The notes beneath the pieces are model-generated. The model saw only the letters and a program-made list of their open reading frames with translations. It made no database searches and had not been told where the DNA came from. The translations under genes were made by a program, and so were the position numbers. Positions 10,350 to 19,333 of a stretch of DNA of 64,000 nucleotides are shown piece after piece (within the stretch, counting starts at the first letter, position 1; each line of letters opens with the position of its first letter). The stretch comes from Gemmatimonas sp. (GTDB taxonomy: Bacteria; Gemmatimonadota; Gemmatimonadetes; Gemmatimonadales; Gemmatimonadaceae), in the NCBI GenBank assembly GCA_965279375.1, contig OZ257156.1:1952001-2016000 (forward strand), written 5' to 3'.

Positions 10350-11846
10350 CTACGGCTGGACGGCGCGCCGACGCTTCATCAGCGCCTCGATCTCGGCGAT
10401 TTCGCGCGGTGCCGTGCTGATACGTTCGAGTCCCTTCTCGGTGATGATGTAGTCATCCTCGATGCGCACGCCGATGTTCTGATACTTGAGCACCGTGGCT
10501 CGCACCTTGGCGATGAACTGGCGGTTCCTGGGCGTGTCGGGGAGCACGTCGAGCGCGCGCGTGCCGATGTAGATGCCGGGCTCGATGGTGAAGGCGTCGC
10601 CAACTTTGTACGTCCCGTCGCCGAAAGACGCCTGCACGGGATCGTGCACGGCGAGACCGATGCCGTGCGAGATGCCGTGAATCATCCACAAGTTGGACTG
10701 GCGACACTGCGCCACCTGCTTGGCGCAATCCACTGGCCATGGCGGATCGAAGGAGGCATCGACGCTTTCAATGAGGCCGAGTGCGGCGAGTCCCTTGGCG
10801 CGCACGATGACTGACGAATCCGCAGCCACGGATGCACGCATTCCCGCTTTCGAGTTGCGTTCGGCGACATCCTGCGCGTCACGCACCAGCTGATAGAGCT
10901 GGCGCTGCTCGGTGGTGAAGGTGCCGCTGACCGGGATGGTGCGCGTCACGTCGGCGGCGTAGCCATGGAATTCACCGGCCGCGTCCATCACCACCATGTC
11001 GCCCGGCTTCACGGGGTCAGTGTCCTTCATGTAGTGCAGCTGCGTGCCGTTGATGCCCGCGCCCACGATCGAGCCGTAGGCGACACGTTCCGCACCCATG
11101 CGCGTGAACGTGTACTCGAGCGCGGCGCGCAGTTCGTACTCGCGCGACGGGTTGGGGGTCAGCATCGCAGCGCGATGCCCTTCGGAGCTGATCTGCGCCG
11201 CTTCGCGAATGAGTGCCAGTTCGGCGTCGCTCTTCTTCGCGCGGAGCTGCAGCACCATCTGCATGCCATTCTTGATGGCCAACGACGGATACTTGCGGCC
11301 CAGGGTCTTGATCGCTTCCTGTCCGCGCGTGAGGGTATCGTTGCGCGCGAAGTCCATCGTCTCCACGTCAGGGAGGTGATAGAACGGCAGCCCCGTTTGC
11401 GCGAGCGAATCGAGCGTGGCGGCGAGTGCGCTGTAGGGCCGTCCCGTCATGCCGTACTTCTGCAACGCCGTCGCCGTGTCGGCGCGAGTGCCATAGTAGA
11501 ACGCGGTGCGCGCATCGAGCGGCGTGATGAACAGGGAGCTCGTCGCCTTCTTGTCGCGCACCACCATCACGAACGCAGCGTCCGGCTCGTCGTAGTTGGT
11601 GAGATACAGAAACGCCGGCAGTTGAAAGAATGTCCCGAAGTCGTGCACCAATGCCCGACCGCCAAATGCCACCACCACACCATTCTCCACCTTGGCCGCC
11701 ATCGCCGATTGGCGCGCGGCAACTTCGGCGGCACCGATCGGCGGCGCACCCTGAGCGCCCGCCCCGACGGGCAGAAGCCACGCAAGCGCGACGAGGGCCA
11801 GGAAGCGCGCTCGGCGTGAGGGGATCGGGGAGCGGACAGGCGTCAT
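10350..11846 (-). CDS. Secreted Xaa-Pro aminopeptidase (M24B)
   Basis: MDAAG..YAADVTRT, HGISHGIGLAVHD, TIEPGIY, GVRIEDD; signal peptide from ATG 11846. Confidence 0.93.
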   Translation of the reverse strand: MTPVRSPIPSRRARFLALVALAWLLPVGAGAQGAPPIGAAEVAARQSAMAAKVENGVVVAFGGRALVHDFGTFFQLPAFLYLTNYDEPDAAFVMVVRDKKATSSLFITPLDARTAFYYGTRADTATALQKYGMTGRPYSALAATLDSLAQTGLPFYHLPDVETMDFARNDTLTRGQEAIKTLGRKYPSLAIKNGMQMVLQLRAKKSDAELALIREAAQISSEGHRAAMLTPNPSREYELRAALEYTFTRMGAERVAYGSIVGAGINGTQLHYMKDTDPVKPGDMVVMDAAGEFHGYAADVTRTIPVSGTFTTEQRQLYQLVRDAQDVAERNSKAGMRASVAADSSVIVRAKGLAALGLIESVDASFDPPWPVDCAKQVAQCRQSNLWMIHGISHGIGLAVHDPVQASFGDGTYKVGDAFTIEPGIYIGTRALDVLPDTPRNRQFIAKVRATVLKYQNIGVRIEDDYIITEKGLERISTAPREIAEIEALMKRRRAVQP

Positions 11847-11978
11847 GCGAGTTCGGATGGAAGGTCGAGACGTGGTAACAACCTGAGTTGGGTCCAATAT
11901 CGCGCTTGCGGAACTCGCCGGGAGGGGGTGACGTAGAGGGTGTCGCTTTCTTCCCCTTCCTCCCTGCTGGAGCATTCA

Positions 11979-12329
11979 ATGGACACCAAGGACATCGCAA
12001 CGAAGCTCGTCGAGCTGCGCAACGCCGGCGAGAACACGCAGGCCATCAATACGCTGTATTCCGACGACATCGTGAGCATCGAGGTGAACGAGCCGATGCG
12101 CGAGGTGCACGGTATCGAGGCGGTACGTGGCAAGGCCGCGTGGTGGGTCGAGAATCACGAGGTGCACTCTCACGAGACGCGCGGCCCGTGGGTGAACGGC
12201 GACCATTTCATCGTCGAGCATACCTATGACATCACCTTCAAGCCCACCGGCGTCCGCAACGTGATGAACGAGAAGGCGCTGCACACCGTCCGCGACGGCA
12301 AGATCGTGCAGGAGCAGTTCTTCTACTGA
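11979..12329 (+). CDS. SnoaL/NTF2-like protein
   Basis: LYSDDIVSIE..VRDGKIVQEQFFY; GGAG RBS upstream. Confidence 0.88.
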   Translation: MDTKDIATKLVELRNAGENTQAINTLYSDDIVSIEVNEPMREVHGIEAVRGKAAWWVENHEVHSHETRGPWVNGDHFIVEHTYDITFKPTGVRNVMNEKALHTVRDGKIVQEQFFY

Positions 12330-12355
12330 GCGGTACCAGCCCCCATTATTTGGGG

Positions 12356-13696
12356 GTGAACACACCGTCCTCAGCCGTTTCTGCCAGTGAGCGCACGACC
12401 CCGGGGCTGATTCGCGCCGTCGGGGTCGTTGGCCTCGCCGCCAGCATTTTCAACTGCACCGTCGGTGGCGGAATCTTCCGTCTGCCGGCGGGCGCAGCGG
12501 CAGCGGCCGGTCCCGCTGCGCCATACGTCTACCTGATTTGCGGCGCCATGATGGCCTGCGTCGTGCTCTGCTTTGCCGAAGCGGGGAGCCGAGTGCCGTT
12601 GACGGGCGGACCGTATGCGTACGTGGAAGCGGTGTTCGGGCCGTACGTCGGGTTTCTGACGGGCGTGCTCCTGTGGCTGCTCGGGACAGCGGCCGTTGCC
12701 GGCGTCTCGTCTGCATTTGCCGATGGCGTCAGTGCGCTGGTGGGGATGCCCGCCGTGCGCGTGCCCACACTGGTGGCCACGTTCGTGCTGCTCGCCGCCG
12801 TGAATGTGCGCGGTGTGGAGCAGGGGACACGCGTGGTGGTGATCTCGAGCGTGGCCAAGCTGCTGCCGCTGCTGACGTTCGTGTTTGTGGGGGCGTTCTT
12901 CATCACGCCGTCCAACCTGCATGTGGAGCAGATGCCGGCGCCGTCCACGATGGCGCGTGCCGCGATCATTCTCACCTTCGCGTTCTTTGGCGTGGAGAGC
13001 GCGCTCGTCACCAGCGGCGAGGTGAAGGACCCGGTGCGCATCGTTCCGCGCGCGCTGGCCATCGCGATGACGGGTGTCACGTTGCTCTACCTGTCCGTAC
13101 ATCTCGTTGCGCAGGGCGTACTGGGCGCCGAGCTCGCCACGATGAAGACCGCACCGCTCGCCTTTGCCGCTGAACGATTTCTCGGCGCGCCAGGCCGTTT
13201 GCTGTTGTTGATCGGTGCGAGCATTTCGATGTTCGGCTACGTGAGCGGTATGACCCTCGCAGTGCCGCGCGCGCTCTGGAAGTTCGCGCAGGACGGACTG
13301 CTGCCGCCGATCATCGGCACGGTGCATCCGGTGTACCGCACGCCGCATGTGGCGATCATTCTGCAGACGGCGCTCGTTGGTGTGCTGGCCATCTTCAACT
13401 CGTTTGAACAGTTGGCCGTGATCGCCAATCTCGCGGCGCTGTTGCTGTATGCGAGCTGTGCAGCGGCCACGCTGGTGCTGCGGCAGCGCGGCGTTCGACA
13501 GGAAGGCGCCGTTCCCTTCTCGGTGCCGCTGGGTCCGGTCATCCCCGTGGTCACGATCGCACTCATCGGCTGGCTGCTGACGAGCATTACGGCGGGCGAA
13601 TGGTCGGTGCTCGTCATCACGATCGTCGCGGCGACCATCGTGTTCATTGTTGCGCGACGGACCCTCAAGCCGATGAGCGCTGTCGCGGGTACGTAG
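12356..13696 (+). CDS. APC-family amino acid permease
   Basis: VGGGIF, GGPYAYV, FAFFGVE, GEVKDP; about 12 TM segments. Confidence 0.92.
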   Translation: MNTPSSAVSASERTTPGLIRAVGVVGLAASIFNCTVGGGIFRLPAGAAAAAGPAAPYVYLICGAMMACVVLCFAEAGSRVPLTGGPYAYVEAVFGPYVGFLTGVLLWLLGTAAVAGVSSAFADGVSALVGMPAVRVPTLVATFVLLAAVNVRGVEQGTRVVVISSVAKLLPLLTFVFVGAFFITPSNLHVEQMPAPSTMARAAIILTFAFFGVESALVTSGEVKDPVRIVPRALAIAMTGVTLLYLSVHLVAQGVLGAELATMKTAPLAFAAERFLGAPGRLLLLIGASISMFGYVSGMTLAVPRALWKFAQDGLLPPIIGTVHPVYRTPHVAIILQTALVGVLAIFNSFEQLAVIANLAALLLYASCAAATLVLRQRGVRQEGAVPFSVPLGPVIPVVTIALIGWLLTSITAGEWSVLVITIVAATIVFIVARRTLKPMSAVAGT

Positions 13697-13700
13697 GGGC

Positions 13701-14348
13701 ATGCGACATGTCTCTGCCACGACAACACCGTTCCGGCCCGCGACTCTGCGTTCACTGCGCAGTCCGCTGCTGACGCTGCTGCTTTTATTCGCGACGTCAG
13801 CCTGCCGAATCGAGTCGAAGGCCAACGGGACGGGCGATTCGAGAATGATCGACTCTGCGCGGAGCGCGACGACGAGTACCGCGACCGCCGATAGCGCGTG
13901 GACGTTGCGCATCGATGGCATGGGCCCGGTCAGCATCGGCATGACGGTCGCGCAGGCGTCGCAGGCACTGCGCGGAAGGTCTGACAACGCGCTCACCGCC
14001 GACACCACCAGCGACTGTCAGGTGATACTGCTGCCCGGCGCGCCCGGCGTCGTGCGACTGATGGTCGCAGACGGCTACCTGGGCGCGATTTACACCACCG
14101 ACAGTACGGTCAGGTCAGAACGTGGTGCGCGCGTGGGCGACCGTGAAGCGACGATCCAGTCGCTGTACGCCGGACGGGTATCGGTGGAGCCGCACAAGTA
14201 CGTCGAGCAGGGACACAATCTCGTCGTGTCATCACCCGCGCCGCGCGACAGCCTGTATCGCATCATCTTCGAGACTGACGGCGTCCGCGTAACGGAGATG
14301 CGTGCGGGGATGCTGCCCGTCGTCGCGTTCTCGGAACACTGCAGCTAG
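13701..14348 (+). CDS. Hypothetical lipoprotein
   Basis: Hydrophobic stretch ending in TSAC; starts 4 bp after the permease stop. Confidence 0.65.
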   Translation: MRHVSATTTPFRPATLRSLRSPLLTLLLLFATSACRIESKANGTGDSRMIDSARSATTSTATADSAWTLRIDGMGPVSIGMTVAQASQALRGRSDNALTADTTSDCQVILLPGAPGVVRLMVADGYLGAIYTTDSTVRSERGARVGDREATIQSLYAGRVSVEPHKYVEQGHNLVVSSPAPRDSLYRIIFETDGVRVTEMRAGMLPVVAFSEHCS

Positions 14349-14385
14349 CCAACGCGCACCAGCCGCAACGCGGCTCTGGATCTGT

Positions 14386-15729
14386 TTACGGCTGCGGCGG
14401 CTTGGGCTGCGAAAAGCGCAAGATCGTCAACGCGGCACGCTTGGCCCGCACCGAGAGCGACCGCAAGTCCGCCGTCTCCTGCGGCGAGTGATCGTCGTGA
14501 CCCGCGAGCCCCACGCCATCGATGATCATCGGCACGATCCCCGCCACGAACGACACATCCGCCGCGCCGGCCTTGGATGGATCCACCGGCTGCACCGGGC
14601 CTAACCCCAGGTCGCGGCTCGCCTGATCGTGCAGCGCCAGCAACGCACGGTTTCCATCCGTGGGCGCCATCGGCGGATAGCCATCGTCAAACGTGATGCT
14701 CGCGCTGGTGTGACCCAGATTGGCCGCGACGATCTCGCGCATGGTGGCCTTGGTGCGCGCCAACTGCTCCGGCGACAGCGTACGCAGATCGCCCTGCACG
14801 GTCATCCGTTCAGCGACGATGTTGTTCTTGCCTTCGGCGTTGCCTTTGTTGGCCACGGCATCCAACGCCACGCGCGCACCGCCCAATGCCACGCCCGGGT
14901 TGAAGGTGAGGTACGCCTCCTTGGACAAGCGCGTGCGGAATGCATCGAGGATGCGCGCCGTCTCGAAGATCGCGCCGTAACCGATGCTGTCCTTGAAGAT
15001 CTGCGACGAATGCGCCGCCTCGCCCTTCACCTCGAGCTGCCACGACGCGGCACCGCGGCGCGCCACGATGCCCGTGCGCAGATCACCCGCGCCATCTTCG
15101 AAGCCGATCGCGGCCTTGGCACCCTGCGCCGCCTCGATCAGTGTCCGACGCGCTTCTGCCTGCGGCTCGCCGGCATGCTCTTCATCGCCGTTCATCACCA
15201 CCGTCACGTTCAGGCGATCGAGCATCCCCGCATCCTTGAGCGCTTCCAGCGCGAGGAGCATGATCACGTCGCCGCCCTTCATGTCGATGATGCCGGGCCC
15301 GCGTGCGGTCGAATCGGCGAGTCGCTCCATCTTCTGAAACGGACTGCTCGGCTCGAACACCGTGTCGAGATGCCCCACCAGCAAGAGCTTGGGACCGGGG
15401 CCCTTGTGCTCCGCGACGAGATGCCCCGCGCGATTGAACTTGGCACCGTCGACCCAGCGCGTCGTGAAGCCCAACGCGTCGAATCGACGACGCAGGATGT
15501 CACCGACTTGGCGGACGCCGGCGAAGTTCATTGTGCCGCTGTTGATGTTCACCAATTGCTCGAGCAGCGCGATCGCCTCGGCGTTGCGCTTGTCGATCGA
15601 GCGCGCGATCGCACGCTCGGCAGCCGACAGTGAATCGGTGACGCGCGCCGATGGTGTTGTTGACGGGGCGGCGACGGCGACTGGTGCGTTGAGCAGTGTC
15701 GCAGCGGAGAGCAAAGCGAGGAGATGCAT
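14386..15729 (-). CDS. Secreted M20 peptidase (carboxypeptidase G2-like)
   Basis: GHLDTVF, GPGIIDMKGG, GDEE, AHSS, GAAD; signal peptide. Confidence 0.92.
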   Translation of the reverse strand: MHLLALLSAATLLNAPVAVAAPSTTPSARVTDSLSAAERAIARSIDKRNAEAIALLEQLVNINSGTMNFAGVRQVGDILRRRFDALGFTTRWVDGAKFNRAGHLVAEHKGPGPKLLLVGHLDTVFEPSSPFQKMERLADSTARGPGIIDMKGGDVIMLLALEALKDAGMLDRLNVTVVMNGDEEHAGEPQAEARRTLIEAAQGAKAAIGFEDGAGDLRTGIVARRGAASWQLEVKGEAAHSSQIFKDSIGYGAIFETARILDAFRTRLSKEAYLTFNPGVALGGARVALDAVANKGNAEGKNNIVAERMTVQGDLRTLSPEQLARTKATMREIVAANLGHTSASITFDDGYPPMAPTDGNRALLALHDQASRDLGLGPVQPVDPSKAGAADVSFVAGIVPMIIDGVGLAGHDDHSPQETADLRSLSVRAKRAALTILRFSQPKPPQP

Positions 15730-15787
15730 GCGGGGTCAGCGTGTGAATGGCGAACGCCGCAACCTGCGGCGAGATCGTCGCGGCGAT

Positions 15788-16972
15788 TTACCGGCCGCGC
15801 GTATCGGTCATGCCGATGCTGTTGGAGCGGTACGGCGCGAACCCGCGCCCCCAGTCGACGCCCACCACCTCGAGGCTGATCTTGGCTCCGTCCACATGCA
15901 CGATGACATAGTGAAACGGATTCCCGCCTGGATCGATGGACGGGCGAGCGAGATGTTCGAGCGCCAGCTTCTCGCTGGCACTCTGTCTCAGGTAGTCGCG
16001 CAGGTCGGGCTCGCCAGTGTAGGCGTACAGAGGCGCACCGCCTCCACCGCTTACGATCTGGTCAATGCGATGTGTGCCCGACGTATCGGTGTAACGTTCG
16101 ACCCAGTGCTCGTAGAGGTGCTCGTGCCCGGTCAGTAGCAAGCGTACGTGATGCTGTCGAAACAGCGGCATCCACTTGGAGCGAATGCCGGCCGCTTGTG
16201 ACTCGAGATTCGCGCCGCCGTGTGGCCCGGAGGAAAACGGCGGATGGTGGAAGAAGAGCGCGATGTTCACGTAGCGTTTGCGGTCCAGCCCTTCCAGCTG
16301 CGCTTTCACCCATGCGAACTGCGTTTCGTCGTTAGGGATCGCCGAGTCGAATGCGATGAAGAAGGTGTTGCCGAAGCCGAAGGCGTAGGTGGGGTAGTTG
16401 CTCAAACGACGCGGCGAACCCTCGGCGGGAATGAGTCGCGCGTTCGCCGCGAAATAGTTGCGTAGCCCCGACACGCGCCGCGCGTCGTTGAGGTCGGTGG
16501 CGCTTCCGACGTCGTGGTTGCCCACGGAGAGGAAGTACGGCACCCCGCCGTCCTGCGTCAGTCGATTGATCAGCGGGATGTAGCTGACGTTGAGCTGTCG
16601 TGCGATGCTGCCATTGTTCACCGCGTCGCCGCTCTGCAGCACGAACCGGATCGGATCAGCCGTGCCGGCCGCCGCCTTGATGGATTGCAGCATGGACTCG
16701 ATGACGAGGGTGTGCTCCGACTGCAGCGCCACCCCATCATGTCGGCCGCGCGTGTCGCCGTACGCGATGAACGAGAACTTCGTAATCGCCGCGGAACTGG
16801 CCTCCGACGGCAATGAAACGCGCGGTGCGAGCGATGCGACGATGGAGTCCTGCGGCGCCGCCGTCGGGGGCGTCGTCGTCGCTGTCTGCGCAAAGAGAGC
16901 GCGCGCGCCGAATGCGAGCATGCCGCCCGCGAGCAGTCGAGCACGAAGCCGAAAAGTGCGCATGGGAGACAT
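15788..16972 (-). CDS. Secreted metallophosphoesterase (calcineurin-like / purple acid phosphatase-like)
   Basis: GDT, SGDAV, GNHD, FHHP and GHEH motifs; start 16972 or 16963. Confidence 0.9.
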   Translation of the reverse strand: MSPMRTFRLRARLLAGGMLAFGARALFAQTATTTPPTAAPQDSIVASLAPRVSLPSEASSAAITKFSFIAYGDTRGRHDGVALQSEHTLVIESMLQSIKAAAGTADPIRFVLQSGDAVNNGSIARQLNVSYIPLINRLTQDGGVPYFLSVGNHDVGSATDLNDARRVSGLRNYFAANARLIPAEGSPRRLSNYPTYAFGFGNTFFIAFDSAIPNDETQFAWVKAQLEGLDRKRYVNIALFFHHPPFSSGPHGGANLESQAAGIRSKWMPLFRQHHVRLLLTGHEHLYEHWVERYTDTSGTHRIDQIVSGGGGAPLYAYTGEPDLRDYLRQSASEKLALEHLARPSIDPGGNPFHYVIVHVDGAKISLEVVGVDWGRGFAPYRSNSIGMTDTRGR

Positions 16973-17077
16973 TGCGAGAGGACTGTGATGAAGAACGGGT
17001 ATGTCGGCGACCCGATAGAGCAGACGAATCGCCAATGCGTTGCTGAGGAACCGCCGGTGAACTCGGCGCAGTGCAGT

Positions 17078-18475
17078 CTACGCGCCCACGGCCACCGGCG
17101 CAGCACTCCCCGCCACCATCAGCCGCTTCCGCTCCAGCTCACGGCGCAGAAACCACAGGCTCACCGACATCTGCACAACGACCGTGGCGACGGAGAGAAA
17201 CCACAGCTGCCGCAACGCGAAGCCGCTGCGGCTGGCCATCCACATGGCAGGCACGGCAAACGTCAGCACGCGCGATGCACTGCTGATCAGTGAAGGAATC
17301 GTGTTGCCCAGCGCCTGAAACATCCCCGAGCAGGTGAAGATGATTCCGGTGGCGACGAAGTTCCACGAGATGACGTGCAGGAACTGGCTGCCGACATCGA
17401 TGGCCGCGTCACCATGCGCGAAGAGTCGGATGAGCACATCCGCGCGCCATTGGCACAGCAAGGTGAGCACGAGCATCAGCACGCTCCCCATCATTGCCGC
17501 TGAGCGAAACGTTTCGGCCGCGCGATCGGTGCGACCAGCACCCACGTTCTGTCCCGCGATAGGTGCCGCGGCAAAGGACAGCGCCATCGCCGGCAGGAAG
17601 ATCGCCTGCATCACACGCGAGCCGACGCCGTAGCCGGCCTGCGCGTCCGACCCGAAGTCGCGAATGATCCAGTAGATCACCGCGGTGTTCACGAACATCA
17701 GCGCGAACTCGCCGCCCGCAGGCAGGCCGATGCGCAGAATCCGTCCCCACACTGCCACGCGAGCCCGTAGCAGTTCCGCGTGAAAGCCGACGAACGTCTC
17801 GAGGCGCAGGAAGTAGAAGAACATCATCAGCACGCCCACGGCGATCGCGATCGTGCTGGAGAGTCCCGCACCGAACACGCCGAGCGGCTTGCCCGTGAAC
17901 CAGCCGGCAATGAGGACCGGCGCTAGTGCGGCGTTGATCACCACCGTCAGCATCTGCACCATCATCGTGGGCTTGGAGATGCCCGTGCCGCGCAGTGCGG
18001 AGCCCATCGTCACGAGGGCGAACTGCAACGCGAGTCCAGGAAGATAGGCGTACAGATAGGACGTACCCGCCGCGACGGTGGCTGCATCGGCCGCGACCGT
18101 GCGCAGATACACACCAGCCAAGGCGAATCCACCGAGCAGCGTCGCGAGGGCACACAGCACCGCCAGCGAGACGCTCTGGTTGAAAACGAGGTTCGCATCC
18201 TCGCGATCCTTGCGTCCGGCCGCATGCGAGATCAACACCATCGTGCCCACACCGAGAATCTGCGTGAGCGCCATGACGATGAACTGCACGTTGCCGGCCG
18301 AACTCACGCCGGCGATGGCCGCGTCACCTAACCGCGCAACGAAGTACAGATCGATGAAGTAGTACGCCGTCTGGAACAGCATGCCCGCCGCCATGGGGAC
18401 GGCGAGCTTTATGAGGTGCTTCGGAATGGAGCCCTGCGTCAGGTCCTGCACGATCGGCCTCGGGTGGTGAGACAC
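17078..18475 (-). CDS. MATE-family efflux transporter
   Basis: DLTQGSI..KLAVPM, ALRGTG, GQNVGAG; two-fold internal repeat, about 12 TM segments. Confidence 0.95.
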   Translation of the reverse strand: MSHHPRPIVQDLTQGSIPKHLIKLAVPMAAGMLFQTAYYFIDLYFVARLGDAAIAGVSSAGNVQFIVMALTQILGVGTMVLISHAAGRKDREDANLVFNQSVSLAVLCALATLLGGFALAGVYLRTVAADAATVAAGTSYLYAYLPGLALQFALVTMGSALRGTGISKPTMMVQMLTVVINAALAPVLIAGWFTGKPLGVFGAGLSSTIAIAVGVLMMFFYFLRLETFVGFHAELLRARVAVWGRILRIGLPAGGEFALMFVNTAVIYWIIRDFGSDAQAGYGVGSRVMQAIFLPAMALSFAAAPIAGQNVGAGRTDRAAETFRSAAMMGSVLMLVLTLLCQWRADVLIRLFAHGDAAIDVGSQFLHVISWNFVATGIIFTCSGMFQALGNTIPSLISSASRVLTFAVPAMWMASRSGFALRQLWFLSVATVVVQMSVSLWFLRRELERKRLMVAGSAAPVAVGA

Positions 18476-18520
18476 TGCGCCTCTGAATCGCTCAACATCA
18501 ACGCACTCCTCGCCATCTGG

Positions 18521-19132
18521 TCACGCACGGAAGACCTGGTCGGCCAACCGCATTGCGTGCGCGCGCAGGTCTGCGGGCCACGGTTCGGCGCACTCGGCGA
18601 ACCGTTCGGCGTTTCCGGCGAAGAGCGCCCGCGTCGCTTCCTCGAACCCCGGGGCGTTACCCAGCATCGCCGAAAGAAAACGATACGCCGACTCCTGTGC
18701 ACGGCGCACGCGATCGCGCTGGGCGCCCGCCGTCCGCGCCTCCTCCACGAGCTTCCGAATGGTCACCGAGGCTCCACCGGGCTGCTCGCTCAGCCACTGC
18801 CAGTGGCGCGGCAGCAGCGTGATTTCGCGAGCCACGACTCCCAGCCTCGGTCGGCCCGGACCGAGCCGGTCGGGGGCGGGAGGCGTCTCCGGGTCTGGCG
18901 CATCCGCGGCGATCTCCGTCTCGTCGGGGAGACGCGCCAGCACCTCGTCCAAAGAGCCTCGAAGGTCGAGTTCGAGCGGCTGGCTCGTCTCGATGTCGAA
19001 GACCAACAGCGGCCCCGCGAGCCCATGGTCCACGGAGCGCTTGGCGAGCTCTGCCACCGCCCGCGGTGACCCTGAGGCGATGTGCCGGGATCCGTCGAAG
19101 GCGATGTACTGCGGAAAGGCGAGGTCAGTCAT
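18521..19132 (-). CDS. DUF2239-family protein, probable DNA-binding regulator
   Basis: GRPRLGVVAREITLLPRHWQWL..QPGGASVTIRKLVEEAR signature. Confidence 0.88.
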   Translation of the reverse strand: MTDLAFPQYIAFDGSRHIASGSPRAVAELAKRSVDHGLAGPLLVFDIETSQPLELDLRGSLDEVLARLPDETEIAADAPDPETPPAPDRLGPGRPRLGVVAREITLLPRHWQWLSEQPGGASVTIRKLVEEARTAGAQRDRVRRAQESAYRFLSAMLGNAPGFEEATRALFAGNAERFAECAEPWPADLRAHAMRLADQVFRA

Positions 19133-19170
19133 GGCATCGGAAAATGATTGTCGGGACGGCCAGAGCGCGA

Positions 19171-19211
19171 ATAATGTCCGGGTAATTTACAAAGTCAATA
19201 CTATCCGGGTG
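19171..19211 (-). promoter_or_regulatory. Sigma70-like promoter with two TRTCCGGGTR boxes upstream of DUF2239
   Basis: Minus-strand TTGACT (19198-19193), 16 bp, CATTAT (19176-19171); boxes TGTCCGGGTA 19175-19184 and TATCCGGGTG 19202-19211. Confidence 0.6.
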
Positions 19212-19333
19212 AAATAATCGCGGCCTCGATCTCGCGGGGCAGTAGAGCGCGCCCTGCGCATGACCTAGTCTTGAGGCTCGATTCGGGGTTCGACTGGGCG
19301 CCCGATCGACCATCATCTCACCCGCGGAACGTC

